In this document: piece after piece, positions 38,491 to 48,215 of the stretch
Layout: every line of letters starts with the position of its first letter
Position numbering within the stretch: the stretch's first letter is position 1
Source: Patescibacteria group bacterium
GTDB lineage: Bacteria; Patescibacteriota; JABMPQ01; JAQVVF01
Length of the DNA stretch: 64,000 bases
Direction: 5' to 3'
NCBI GenBank assembly: GCA_041662665.1
Contig: JBAZSC010000002.1
Location: forward strand, 165,234-229,233
Translations under genes and position numbers: made by a program
The notes under the pieces: model-generated
The model's input: only the letters and a program-made list of their open reading frames with translations
Told to the model about the DNA's origin: nothing
The model's database searches: none

Positions 38491-40329
38491 TTAAATAGTG
38501 CTGATCGCAAACTTATTCTTTTGCCATCTAAAATTATTAATCCAAATTCTAAACTTTTTTTCTTTTTTTAAATATACTGCTGGCATAGTCTGCCATTGAT
38601 TAGTATTATTATTATAAAATTTTAATTTCAAATCTTTTTTCTTTAACCCATGCAATAATCTATTTCTAAATTTAAAAACCATTTTAATTTTAAATTTTTT
38701 ATCACTTTTTATCTTGTTTAAATTTGATTCTATTTTCCAATAGCCTTTTAATGTTTTTGATTTATTCAAACCACTCGGTTTTTTTGCTATTCTCGCTATT
38801 TTAAACCAATAATCAGTCGGTTTGTTAGGTATTTTTTTAAACTTAAAATCCAATAATTTTCCTTCTAAAGCAATATTTTTCAATCCTTTTCTTAAATCAA
38901 ATTTCTTATCATTATAAACGATATTGTAATTTTCTGTCCTGACGATTTCTTGATTACCAAGACTATCAACTGAAAAAAATTTTAATGTTTTGTCATTAAA
39001 AATTCTAAACGCTGAAGAATATTTTGTTGAACTAATGGTCGGTGTTGAACCGTCAAGAGTATAATAAATTCCTGAAATGCCATTTGTATCTGTAGCAGTT
39101 AAAGTAATTTTTTTATATTTTTTATAATCTCCGCCTACAGGCACTGCTACAGTTTTCGGCTCCAAAAAATTTTCTGAAATTTTATTCCACAAATCAGCAT
39201 ATCCATTGTCATATCCCAAAGCCCAAATTCCAATACCTAACAAAGCATTATCATTCACCAAATCATATTTATATTGCAAGCTTTCTTCATCCTCATACCA
39301 AGTCTGCCTAAAACTTCCATATTTATAGTAAGGAGTTTTTGAATCATTATCCCAAATTCGTGAATAATTTAAAATTGCCAATCTATTTTCAGCATAAGTT
39401 TTTGCTTCACCAGTCCCAATCGTATTAGCTGGAACTGTATCAGCACTAACTTCCCAATCATAACCATAATAAGGCACACCTAAAATCAATTTTTGTCGAT
39501 TATTATTTGTTAAACTTAAATAAGTTTCTAATGTACTCACAACATTATAATTACCCCAAGTACTACTATCATCATATGGAGCAATTGGACCTGCAGTTGA
39601 TCCGCTTTGCCAATGGTAATCATAAGCCATAATCATCAATCCATCAGAATTTAAAGCTAGCGCATTTTCATCAAAAGCATCAGACCAATCAACAGCCGGC
39701 ACATCAATTGCAATATGATAAGAAGAATTGGAAATTTTAAAAGTATTATTCAAATCAGTGATAAAAGTCGTCAAATTTGTTTTCATCGCAGAATCGACAT
39801 TTTCAAAATCAATATTTATTCCGTCAGCAGATGTGCTTTTAACTTCATTCAATAAATTATTAATTAAGTTATTTCTATAAGTTGCGTTTGATAATAAAGT
39901 TGATAAATCAGATGAACTAAAATTTTGTGCTGTTAAAACAACTTTCACTCCATTTTGATGAGCCAAATTTAATAAAGTATTATTTGGCCAGCCATGTTTA
40001 TCTCCCAAACTCCCATCGCTATTAACTTCAATTGAAAAATATGCCAAATGCGTAATCAAATTCCATTGAAAATTTGCATAAGTATCACCCATCCAATAAG
40101 GAAAAAAACCATAAACAACTTTAGAAACATCTGGCGATAAACTAACATTGCCATTGCTGACAATTCCAATATTACTTTCTTTAATTCTATAATCCTTATA
40201 TTTTTCAAGTTCAGTTTGATGAATACTCTTATCATCCGACAAAACATTAAGTGAAGATAAATTAGCAAAAACAAAATTTCCAGAAAATAGAATTAAACAA
40301 ATAATTAAAATATAAAATATTTTTTTCAT
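38491..40329 (-). CDS. Secreted GH18-family (chitinase-like) protein with a CHB_HEX_C-like domain and the shared Lys-rich C-terminal module
   Basis: A signal peptide is followed by the GH18 core (VVYGFFPYW...DGINIDFEN, MAYDYHW), the segment YYTLDGSTPT, and the shared C-terminus (GYWKIESNLNK...). Confidence 0.7.
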   Translation of the reverse strand: MKKIFYILIICLILFSGNFVFANLSSLNVLSDDKSIHQTELEKYKDYRIKESNIGIVSNGNVSLSPDVSKVVYGFFPYWMGDTYANFQWNLITHLAYFSIEVNSDGSLGDKHGWPNNTLLNLAHQNGVKVVLTAQNFSSSDLSTLLSNATYRNNLINNLLNEVKSTSADGINIDFENVDSAMKTNLTTFITDLNNTFKISNSSYHIAIDVPAVDWSDAFDENALALNSDGLMIMAYDYHWQSGSTAGPIAPYDDSSTWGNYNVVSTLETYLSLTNNNRQKLILGVPYYGYDWEVSADTVPANTIGTGEAKTYAENRLAILNYSRIWDNDSKTPYYKYGSFRQTWYEDEESLQYKYDLVNDNALLGIGIWALGYDNGYADLWNKISENFLEPKTVAVPVGGDYKKYKKITLTATDTNGISGIYYTLDGSTPTISSTKYSSAFRIFNDKTLKFFSVDSLGNQEIVRTENYNIVYNDKKFDLRKGLKNIALEGKLLDFKFKKIPNKPTDYWFKIARIAKKPSGLNKSKTLKGYWKIESNLNKIKSDKKFKIKMVFKFRNRLLHGLKKKDLKLKFYNNNTNQWQTMPAVYLKKEKKFRIWINNFRWQKNKFAISTI

Positions 40330-40332
40330 TAA

Positions 40333-41307
40333 TTATTTTAGAGAATCCAAATAATATTTTAAAATTTTAGTCCAAATTTCTAATAATTTTTCTTTCTCTT
40401 CAAGAGGAATATCTGATCCGCCTATATCTGCCAAAATTGTCCCAACAGATCTTCCCAACATTCCTAAATCAAACCCTTTTTTATCAGTAAGTTCATTCTT
40501 AACAAAAATATTTTTCCAATCCAAACTTTCTTTCAATGCCAAATCATAATTTATAATCTTTCTTGCATCTTGAATTATTGACCAAACTATAAAAGGTCCT
40601 TCGGCAAATTCAGGTTGCCAACAACAATGAGCAAAATCAGTCAAATAATACTTGTCCGCCGAAGTCCCACAGGACGTAGGCGGATTTACCTTAAAAATTT
40701 CCTTTGGCTTAAAATGTCCATGTGTCCAGATAAATTTATATCCATTGCCATCTTTTTTCAAAACATCAATCGCTTTTTCACACAAATCATAACTCTCTTG
40801 TTTTAACCAACTTTTTTCTTTTGCCAATTTTTTCCATTTTGATATATTTCTCAACGCCCAATCGCCAACTGTCTTATCTTTAAAAATTTTTAATTCAGGA
40901 TTTTTGGGCCAGATCTTTTTATATTCGATAAAAACTTTAAAAAATTCTTCTCTGTTTTCAACTTTCGGCATGCCCTCAAAAATATGTTTGCTTGTATCAA
41001 TGTATTCTTCAATCAGCCAGCCGGAATGATCATCATACATTTTATAATTATATAATTTCGGAGCAGTTAAAATTTCACTTTTATTATTTTTTAAAAATTC
41101 TTTCAAATTCAAAGGTTCATACACTTCTCTTGGATCTTTCCACATTTTCAAAATCGCTTTTTTATTTTCAAAATTTCCTTTAAAAATAATATTTCTTGTT
41201 TTGCCTTTTCTATAATAGGTACTTGAATAAATTTCTTTTTCGGAAACAAAGCGAGCCTCTAAAATTATCCTTTTTATTTCCGCATCGCTTAAAAAATCAA
41301 ATTTCAT
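40333..41307 (-). CDS. Phosphotransferase (APH/choline-kinase-like kinase fold) with a palindromic element inserted near the catalytic loop
   Basis: The motifs HGHFKPKEIF and YYLTDFAH resemble the HGD.hp.N / DFE motifs. The element at 40655-40684 encodes NPPTSCGTSADK between them. Confidence 0.55.
   Translation of the reverse strand: MKFDFLSDAEIKRIILEARFVSEKEIYSSTYYRKGKTRNIIFKGNFENKKAILKMWKDPREVYEPLNLKEFLKNNKSEILTAPKLYNYKMYDDHSGWLIEEYIDTSKHIFEGMPKVENREEFFKVFIEYKKIWPKNPELKIFKDKTVGDWALRNISKWKKLAKEKSWLKQESYDLCEKAIDVLKKDGNGYKFIWTHGHFKPKEIFKVNPPTSCGTSADKYYLTDFAHCCWQPEFAEGPFIVWSIIQDARKIINYDLALKESLDWKNIFVKNELTDKKGFDLGMLGRSVGTILADIGGSDIPLEEKEKLLEIWTKILKYYLDSLK
40655..40684. repeat. Palindromic element variant TCCGCC-GAAGTCCCACAGGACGTAG-GCGGA in frame in the kinase-like gene
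   Basis: It has the same 6-bp arms and the GAAG...AG loop ends, but the loop core differs. Confidence 0.55.
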
Positions 41308-41316
41308 AACTCAAAA

Positions 41317-41394
41317 TATCTGTGTTATTTGTGTAAAATTCTTATTAATTTGTCATCAATCTGTGTAATTTGTGTTCATCTGTAATAAATCTGC
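41317..41394. repeat. ATCTGTG/ATTTGTG tandem array
   Basis: The sequence is atctgtgttatttgtgtaaaattcttattaatttgtcatcaatctgtgtaatttgtgttcatctgtaataaatctgcc. Confidence 0.7.
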
Positions 41395-41396
41395 CG

Positions 41397-43373
41397 TCAT
41401 TTGCGGGAAGCTAAAGTAAACCAGTTTTTCATTTTTGAAAAAAATCTGATATCTGTCGACAATAATTTTTGATTTTTTTTCAAAATAGTTTTGTTCCTTT
41501 TATTCCAAAAATTTATATAACTTTCTTCTTTCGAAAATAATTCCAAATTTTTTGCTTTTATCTTAGATTTTTTTATACTTTTTTTTGTATATGGAAAAGA
41601 AATTTTTACTCTAAACTTTCCAGAACTTTTTTTATACAAATTTGTCCTCAATTTCCAATAATATTTTAATGATTTTTCATTCTCCAAAAAATTAGGCTTT
41701 TTCTTTACTTTTTCAATTTGTATCCAAAATTTTTCTGGAGTTTCAGGCAAATTCAAAAACTTTATTCCAACTCCTGTTTTACTAGAAATATATTTTATAC
41801 CCAAAGAATCGTCATTAAATTTAATATATTTTTTAAAATATTTAATTGCAATTTTTGACAAAGATCCAATGCTCGCTTCAGGTTCGTCAGCTGTATATTT
41901 CCTATCGCCAAAAAGTTTTATCATCCAATCATTATCAGAATCACCAGTTGAAAAGCCAGCTAAAACGAAATCATCATTTTGATTAAAATCGATATCTAAA
42001 TATGCCTCGTCATTGCTTTCATCTTCTACAATTTCTTTCAACAAATTTCCATCACTATCATATTTCCTAACCAATAAATCATTGCCTGTTTCTGCTTTTG
42101 AATTTCCAACAACCATTATTTCATCAGCAATATTAACTTCCATTCCATACAAATAATCGTTTCCTAATTCGCTATCATACAACCTATCCCACAATAAATT
42201 TCCTTCAGAATCTAATTTTCGAAGCAACCAATTATTATCTGTTTCATTATAATATCCGCCTAAATAAATGTTATCATTTGAATCTACATTAACTGCTTTA
42301 AAATAATCAGCAGTTCCTTTTTCATAATTAGAATTCCAATCTTCAACTAAATTATTATCATATTTTATTGTATAAAATTCAAAGCTTGAAGCAGTCGCAC
42401 TGTTTCCAGTTGCAATAATATTATTTCCTGAATCAACCACTAAATCATACAAAATATCATCACCAAGTCCAGAATTATATTCTTGATCAGTTATGACATT
42501 ACCATTTGCGTCATATTTTCTAAGATACCAATTCTTATCAGAATTTATTTTTAATCCTCCAACAATAATATTATCATCAGAATCAGTTATTACCGCATTT
42601 GCTTCGTCGATATTTCCTGAATCATAAATTTTACTCCACAAAATATTGCCATCAGAATCATATTTTCTAAGATACCAATCTTTATCGCCTAATAATTCAT
42701 AATAACCAATAACAATAATGTTATCCGATTTATCAATTGCCAAATCTTTAACCTCGCCATTATCAAAATCAAAAGTATCTGACCAAATTTCCTCTCCATC
42801 GTTATTGTATTTTATTAATCGCCAATCATTGCCATCAGCTTCATTAATATAATTTCCAGCTATAACAAATTCACCAGTTGATAAAAATTTTACGCCTTTC
42901 GCTTGATCATTGCCATTTCCACTATCATAATTTTTAACAAAAAAATTGACTGGCTCTAGTTCCATTGTTTCATTATATGAACTTGCTAAAACAGCTTCTG
43001 AATTTCCAAAATAAAGATAAATTGTCTTATTGCTATTTGCCAAAAGTTCTGACACTTCCACCCAAATAATTGCCGAATTTTCTTCATAATCAAATTCTTT
43101 CAGCCAAAAATCAAGATCTGTTGAATCATCAGCATCAACTAATCTAATATCTGATCCATCACTTTTTATCCTTGCCCAAAAATCAACTTGTTCGTCTGTC
43201 AAAGTTATTTTTACTTGATAATTGCTCAGGTTTTCTGAATTTAAAGAATTTTCCAAAACAATTGGCATTCGATAATCATAATCATTACTATACCAAGCCG
43301 AAGCCGAATTAGAAATAACAAAATAACAAAATAACAAAATAACAAAAATCGCCCCAATTAAAATTCGTTTCAT
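41397..43373 (-). CDS. Secreted SBBP-type beta-propeller repeat protein with a DUF2341-like N-terminal domain and the shared C-terminal module
   Basis: A signal peptide/TM is followed by six or more repeats of the form KDWYLRKYDSDGNILWSKIYDSG...DNIIVGG, which fit the SBBP motif. The C-terminus KYYWKLRTNLYKK... matches the family. Confidence 0.7.
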   Translation of the reverse strand: MKRILIGAIFVILLFCYFVISNSASAWYSNDYDYRMPIVLENSLNSENLSNYQVKITLTDEQVDFWARIKSDGSDIRLVDADDSTDLDFWLKEFDYEENSAIIWVEVSELLANSNKTIYLYFGNSEAVLASSYNETMELEPVNFFVKNYDSGNGNDQAKGVKFLSTGEFVIAGNYINEADGNDWRLIKYNNDGEEIWSDTFDFDNGEVKDLAIDKSDNIIVIGYYELLGDKDWYLRKYDSDGNILWSKIYDSGNIDEANAVITDSDDNIIVGGLKINSDKNWYLRKYDANGNVITDQEYNSGLGDDILYDLVVDSGNNIIATGNSATASSFEFYTIKYDNNLVEDWNSNYEKGTADYFKAVNVDSNDNIYLGGYYNETDNNWLLRKLDSEGNLLWDRLYDSELGNDYLYGMEVNIADEIMVVGNSKAETGNDLLVRKYDSDGNLLKEIVEDESNDEAYLDIDFNQNDDFVLAGFSTGDSDNDWMIKLFGDRKYTADEPEASIGSLSKIAIKYFKKYIKFNDDSLGIKYISSKTGVGIKFLNLPETPEKFWIQIEKVKKKPNFLENEKSLKYYWKLRTNLYKKSSGKFRVKISFPYTKKSIKKSKIKAKNLELFSKEESYINFWNKRNKTILKKNQKLLSTDIRFFSKMKNWFTLASRK

Positions 43374-43400
43374 TTTAGTTTTTATTTTTAATCAAATTAC

Positions 43401-43440
43401 TAATTTTATTAGTCTTACCAATTTTATAGTTAATAAATCT
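43401..43440. repeat. ATTTTACCAATTTTACT-family tandem repeat
   Basis: Related arrays lie at 44585-44620 and 49281-49320 (both intergenic) and in frame in queH at 44990-45060. Confidence 0.55.
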
Positions 43441-43447
43441 AACTTAT

Positions 43448-43915
43448 TTAACTCGCCTTTAATACCTCGACAGCTTTATCAATAATAACTTGCATATTCT
43501 TATAGCTTTCAATCCTACTTAGTTCATCAACAGTGACCCATTTCAATTCTGCAATTCCTTCTGCATCTTGCAACTCAATATTAACATCTTCTGGTGCTTC
43601 CATCAAATACCAATATACCACTTTATGAATCAAATCTTTGCCTCCTGGCTTGCCTTTTGAATCAGCTTTAAACCAATAGTCCATTTCACCAAGTTTTTCG
43701 CTTAATTTAAGCCCATACATTCCTGTTTCTTCAGCTACTTCTCGCAAAGCTGCACGCTCCACTCTTTCACCTTCTTCAACATGTCCTTTTGCAAAAGTCC
43801 ATTTATGAAAAGGATCCAAAATCAAGGCGATTTTAACACCTGCTTTTGTTTTTTTGAATACTATACCACCTGCCGAAAATTCTAGTTTTGATGACATATA
43901 AAATATTATACACAA
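43448..43915 (-). CDS. NUDIX hydrolase
   Basis: The Nudix box GHVEEGERVERAALREVAEETG is present. Confidence 0.85.
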   Translation of the reverse strand: MCIIFYMSSKLEFSAGGIVFKKTKAGVKIALILDPFHKWTFAKGHVEEGERVERAALREVAEETGMYGLKLSEKLGEMDYWFKADSKGKPGGKDLIHKVVYWYLMEAPEDVNIELQDAEGIAELKWVTVDELSRIESYKNMQVIIDKAVEVLKAS

Positions 43916-43973
43916 AAATTTTGAATTAAAAAAGACTAAAATTAGTCTTTTTTTACTATTATCTTATAATTTT

Positions 43974-44528
43974 TTACTTTTGCCTTATTTTAACATCATA
44001 CAAAATTTCTTCCAGCCTCTTCAAATTTCTTTTAGCTTCATCGAATTTTACTCTCAATTTTCCAGTCAGATCAAATTTGATTAACTCGCCAATAATATCA
44101 TCAACAGCTTGCTTATAATCAGAAATTTTTTCAGCCTCGCCTTTTGTTACCAAAATTACAGCCATTCTTACCATCTCACCAGTCAAATCACAAATTCCAG
44201 AAATCATTGTTTCAAAACCAAATTTCAATTCTGATTTAAAATCAATATCACCACTATTTAAATATTCAAAAAACATTTTTGCTTCCACAAATTCTTCCGC
44301 AGCTTCATAATATGCACCAACTCCTGAAGAATTACCCAAAGCAATCAATTTCTTTTCAGCATCTGTCAAAACTTCTTCCGCTTTTTTCAAATCATCGCGA
44401 TGCATTAAAAAAATCGCTTGTTTTGACATTTTTAAAACAACTCTTGCCTCACCAATAATTTTTTCGCGCATCAAACTATGCTCTTGATTTTCGACTAATA
44501 ATCTTTCAAATAATTCTTTGTTCAGCAT
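43974..44528 (-). CDS. Hypothetical all-helical protein, possibly translin-family
   Basis: The motif ISGICDLTGEMVRMAVI resembles the translin/TRAX GxxDLTGELMR signature. The call is weak. Confidence 0.35.
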   Translation of the reverse strand: MLNKELFERLLVENQEHSLMREKIIGEARVVLKMSKQAIFLMHRDDLKKAEEVLTDAEKKLIALGNSSGVGAYYEAAEEFVEAKMFFEYLNSGDIDFKSELKFGFETMISGICDLTGEMVRMAVILVTKGEAEKISDYKQAVDDIIGELIKFDLTGKLRVKFDEAKRNLKRLEEILYDVKIRQK

Positions 44529-44632
44529 AAATATTTATTAATTAATTTAACTAATCTAACTGGTCAAACAAATTTAACTCGTCAATTTTACTAATTTTAC
44601 CAATTTTACTAAATAATCAATATCCGAATATC

Positions 44633-45220
44633 TTAATATCTCGAATATTCACATCCGCAGTAACGCTGTCTATAAATTCCATTTAATTTACACAACTCAA
44701 TACTTCTTTTATATAATCCGCTAAAATCTTGTTCCAAAAATTTCACTCCATATTTCTTTTCTAATTCAAGACCGATTCTATTTATCATCATTGTATTCTT
44801 GTATGGCGAAATAGACAAGGTCGTTCCAAACATTTCAAAGCCATTCAACATCGCAAATTCTGCTGTTTTTTCTAATCTGAATTTAATGCAAGCCTCGCAT
44901 CTTTTTCCGCCTTCCTTTTCTTTTTCTAAACCAACAACTTTTTTTTGCCAATTCTTAACATCATTTTTCGGAACAGCGAATTTTAGTTTATCAATTTTAG
45001 CATTATCAATTTTACTTATTTTACTAATTTTACTAACATTATTAATTTTACCAATTTTACTCGCAAGTTTATTCAAATTCTCTAATCTTAAATCATATTC
45101 GCTTTTTGGATAAATATTTGGATTATAAAAATAGCCAGTAATTTCATAATCTGGTTTTATTTTTTCTAAAACTGCACTCGCACATGGGCCGCAGCAAATA
45201 TGTAATAATAATCTTGTCAT
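44633..45220 (-). CDS. queH: Epoxyqueuosine reductase QueH (DUF208)
   Basis: The motifs LLLHICCGPCAS...YFYNPNIYPKSEY and the C-terminal CGCEYS are present. An in-frame tandem repeat encodes NNVSKISKISKIDNAKIDKL. Confidence 0.8.
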   Translation of the reverse strand: MTRLLLHICCGPCASAVLEKIKPDYEITGYFYNPNIYPKSEYDLRLENLNKLASKIGKINNVSKISKISKIDNAKIDKLKFAVPKNDVKNWQKKVVGLEKEKEGGKRCEACIKFRLEKTAEFAMLNGFEMFGTTLSISPYKNTMMINRIGLELEKKYGVKFLEQDFSGLYKRSIELCKLNGIYRQRYCGCEYSRY

Positions 45221-45349
45221 AATTACTGCATTATATTCTAAAAAATATAAATGTCAAAAAACACAATAAAAACATAGAGACGTTGCAATGCAACGTCTCT
45301 ACCATATTCGAAAATAATTAGAATTTAATTCGAAAATTAATTCGAATAA

Positions 45350-47713
45350 TTACTTCACAATCGGCGCATCCAACGCATTCTTCACCACATCATCCATTGT
45401 TTTTACAAAAACAATTTTCAAATCTTTCTGAATATTCTTTGGAATATCTGCCAAATTTGGCCTATTTTCTTCTGGCAACAAAACAATTTTTACACCAGCT
45501 TGTTTAGCAGCCAAAACTTTTTCCTTAACTCCGCCAATTGGCAAAACTTTTCCTCTCAAAGTTACTTCACCAGTCATTGCCACATCTTTATTTATTTTTC
45601 TGCCAGACAAAACCGAAACTAAAACTGTTGCCATTGCTGTACCTGCCGAAGGTCCATCTTTTGGAATTCCGCCAGCTGGAACGTGAATATGAATATCGTC
45701 ATTTTTGTAAAACTTTTCTTCAACACCTAATTTATCAGCAATTGTTCTAGCATAAGAATAAGCTGCTTCTGCTGATTCTTTCATTACTTTTCCTAATTGT
45801 CCGGTCAATCTTAATTCGCCTTTACCAGGCATGCGAGATGCTTCAATATGCAAAATATCGCCACCAGCTGGAGTCCAAGCAAGTCCGGTCACTACTCCAA
45901 CTTCATCTTTCTTTTCAGTTTTTTCTTGAGTAAATGTTGCTGGCCCTAAATATTTTTTCAAATCAGCAATTGTTACATTGTTATCGCCCTTGCCTCCAGA
46001 AGCAACTGATTTTGCCATTTTTCGGCAGATTGCTGCAATTTGTCTTTCCAAATTTCTAACACCAGCTTCTTTAACATAATCAGAAATAATATGACGCAAT
46101 GATGGATCGGAAAATAAACATTGCTCTTTTTTCAATCCATTCTCTTTTAATTGTCTTGGAATTAAATATTTTTTAGCAATATGAAATTTTTCTTCTTCTG
46201 TATATCCCAAGAATTCGATTATTTCCATTCTATCTCGCAAAGCTGGCGGAATTGTATCCAAGACATTTGCAGTTGTAATGAACATTACGTCAGACAAATC
46301 AAATGGCACTGATAAATAATTATCTACAAATTCTTTATTCTGAGCTGGATCTAATGCTTCAAGTAAAGCCGAAGACGGATCGCCTCGATAGTCATTACCA
46401 ACTTTATCAATCTCATCTAACATAAAAACTGGATTTCTAGATTTCACTGAATTTATTCCTTGAATAATTCTGCCTGGCATTGCTCCAACATAAGTTCTGC
46501 GATGTCCACGAATTTCTGCTTCGTCTCTAATTCCACCAAGACTCATTCTAAAAAATTCTCGACCTAAAGACTTTGCAATTGATTTTCCTATTGAAGTTTT
46601 TCCAACTCCTGGAGGTCCAAAGAAACAAAGAATTGGACCTTGAATTTGATTTGTTAATTTTCGCACTGATAAATATTCCAAAATTCTTTCTTTAACTTTT
46701 TCCAAACCATAATGATCATGATCCAAAATCTGTTTTGATTTTTTGACATCAACTTTGCATTCGCTTCTTTTATTCCATGGAAGTCCAACCATCCAATCAA
46801 TATATGTTCTGATATACGAAATTTCTGGTGAAAAAGATGGCATGCCTTTCATTCTGTTGAATTCTTTCATCACTTCTTCTTCTGTTTTCTTCGGCATTTT
46901 CACTGCCTTTATTTTTTTCTCCAAAGAAACAGTTTCATCTTCTCCTCCGCCTAATTCGCCCAATTCTTTTTGAATTGATTTCATCTTTTCTCGCAAATAC
47001 ATTTCTTTCTGCATTTTTTCTAATTCTTTTCCAGTGTTCTCTTCCAATTTTTGCGCCATTGCAAAAACTTTTGTCTGTTTGCCTAATAATTCATTCAAAT
47101 TTTTTAATTTTTCTTTAACATCATTTAATTCCAATAACTTTTGTTTTTCTGAAACTTTTAGATCTAAATTTGAAACAATTAAATCACATAATTGCCATGG
47201 ATCTTTCATATTCAAAATCACCATCATTACATCCAATGGCACATTCGCGCCCATTGAGACAACAGATTTGAATTGATTAATTACTGTATACATCAATGCT
47301 GTAACTTCTTCTGTTTTTTCAAATTTTTCTTCTCCCAAAGATTCAACATCAATTTTCAAATATGGATCTGTTTGTGCTAATTTTTGGAATTTTGCTCTGC
47401 CTAATCCTTCCACCAAAACAGTCATTGATCCGTCTTCAGTAACTTCCATATCTCTAATTCTGCCAATCGTTCCAATTTGATAAATCTCGTCTTCTTTTTT
47501 AATTTCTTCTAAATCTTCTTTTTTCTGCGCAACAAAAAATAGAACATTATCATTATGCTCTTTTGCAAATTCAATTGCTTTGATTGATTGCTTTCTTTTT
47601 ACAACCAATGGCACAGCTAATTTTGGAAAAATAACAGCATCTTTTAGCGCAACAGATGGCAATGTTTCTTTCTTTTTACCCAAAATAAGCTCTTTCAAGA
47701 AATTATCCTTCAT
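45350..47713 (-). CDS. lon: ATP-dependent Lon protease
   Basis: The Walker A motif GPPGVGKTS and the protease Ser-Lys dyad region PKDGPSAGTAM are present. The length is 787 aa. Confidence 0.95.
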   Translation of the reverse strand: MKDNFLKELILGKKKETLPSVALKDAVIFPKLAVPLVVKRKQSIKAIEFAKEHNDNVLFFVAQKKEDLEEIKKEDEIYQIGTIGRIRDMEVTEDGSMTVLVEGLGRAKFQKLAQTDPYLKIDVESLGEEKFEKTEEVTALMYTVINQFKSVVSMGANVPLDVMMVILNMKDPWQLCDLIVSNLDLKVSEKQKLLELNDVKEKLKNLNELLGKQTKVFAMAQKLEENTGKELEKMQKEMYLREKMKSIQKELGELGGGEDETVSLEKKIKAVKMPKKTEEEVMKEFNRMKGMPSFSPEISYIRTYIDWMVGLPWNKRSECKVDVKKSKQILDHDHYGLEKVKERILEYLSVRKLTNQIQGPILCFFGPPGVGKTSIGKSIAKSLGREFFRMSLGGIRDEAEIRGHRRTYVGAMPGRIIQGINSVKSRNPVFMLDEIDKVGNDYRGDPSSALLEALDPAQNKEFVDNYLSVPFDLSDVMFITTANVLDTIPPALRDRMEIIEFLGYTEEEKFHIAKKYLIPRQLKENGLKKEQCLFSDPSLRHIISDYVKEAGVRNLERQIAAICRKMAKSVASGGKGDNNVTIADLKKYLGPATFTQEKTEKKDEVGVVTGLAWTPAGGDILHIEASRMPGKGELRLTGQLGKVMKESAEAAYSYARTIADKLGVEEKFYKNDDIHIHVPAGGIPKDGPSAGTAMATVLVSVLSGRKINKDVAMTGEVTLRGKVLPIGGVKEKVLAAKQAGVKIVLLPEENRPNLADIPKNIQKDLKIVFVKTMDDVVKNALDAPIVK

Positions 47714-47802
47714 GTAATTTTTATTTTAAATTATTTGTAAATATAACTAAGTATAACAATTATTACACTTTTGACCAAGTGTATAACAAAAAACAATATC
47801 TT

Positions 47803-47849
47803 ATCTGTGTATCTGTGTAAATCCGTCTTAAATCTGTGTTAAATCTGTC
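47803..47849. repeat. ATCTGTG tandem array upstream of lon
   Basis: The sequence is atctgtgtatctgtgtaaatccgtcttaaatctgtgttaaatctgtc. Confidence 0.7.
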
Positions 47850-48124
47850 GCCTTCATCTCTTCCCATCCATTCTTTTCTTCACTAAAAATATAAGCTTTA
47901 ACATAATTAATCATTTCTGATTCCGAATCAGCATCATCAACATTAACATTTTTAAAGCCAGATTTTTTTTGTTTTTCTACCCATTCCAATCTCATCTTGC
48001 CTTGAGGATTTTCAAATTCAATCCATTCCATTTTTTCTCCATAACCTTCATCAATTCCTTTATCAGAAACTTCAAATTTTTTTTCAACATTTTCCAAAAT
48101 CAAATCCCATTTTTCTTTAGTCAT
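47828..48124 (-). CDS. Hypothetical small protein
   Basis: The 98-aa ORF has no recognisable motifs. A composite repeat module lies in its upstream region. Confidence 0.4.
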   Translation of the reverse strand: MTKEKWDLILENVEKKFEVSDKGIDEGYGEKMEWIEFENPQGKMRLEWVEKQKKSGFKNVNVDDADSESEMINYVKAYIFSEEKNGWEEMKATDLTQI

Positions 48125-48215
48125 ATATAAACATTTAACAATTAACTATTAACATTTAACTTTACAAACTTTAAGAACTTTATAACTAGTCTAATTTGTC
48201 TAACCTATCTAACTC
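48125..48215. repeat. Composite repeat module (ATTTAACAATT, AACTTTAAGAACTTTATAACT, AGTCTAATTTGTCTAACCTATCTAACTCG)
   Basis: This is a paralogous arrangement to 14225-14330. Confidence 0.65.

Noticed and set aside
5023-47849. ATCTGTG arrays as DnaA boxes or an oriC
   Set aside because: The motif does not match TTATCCACA, no dnaA or dnaN is nearby, and the arrays occur at seven dispersed loci rather than one.
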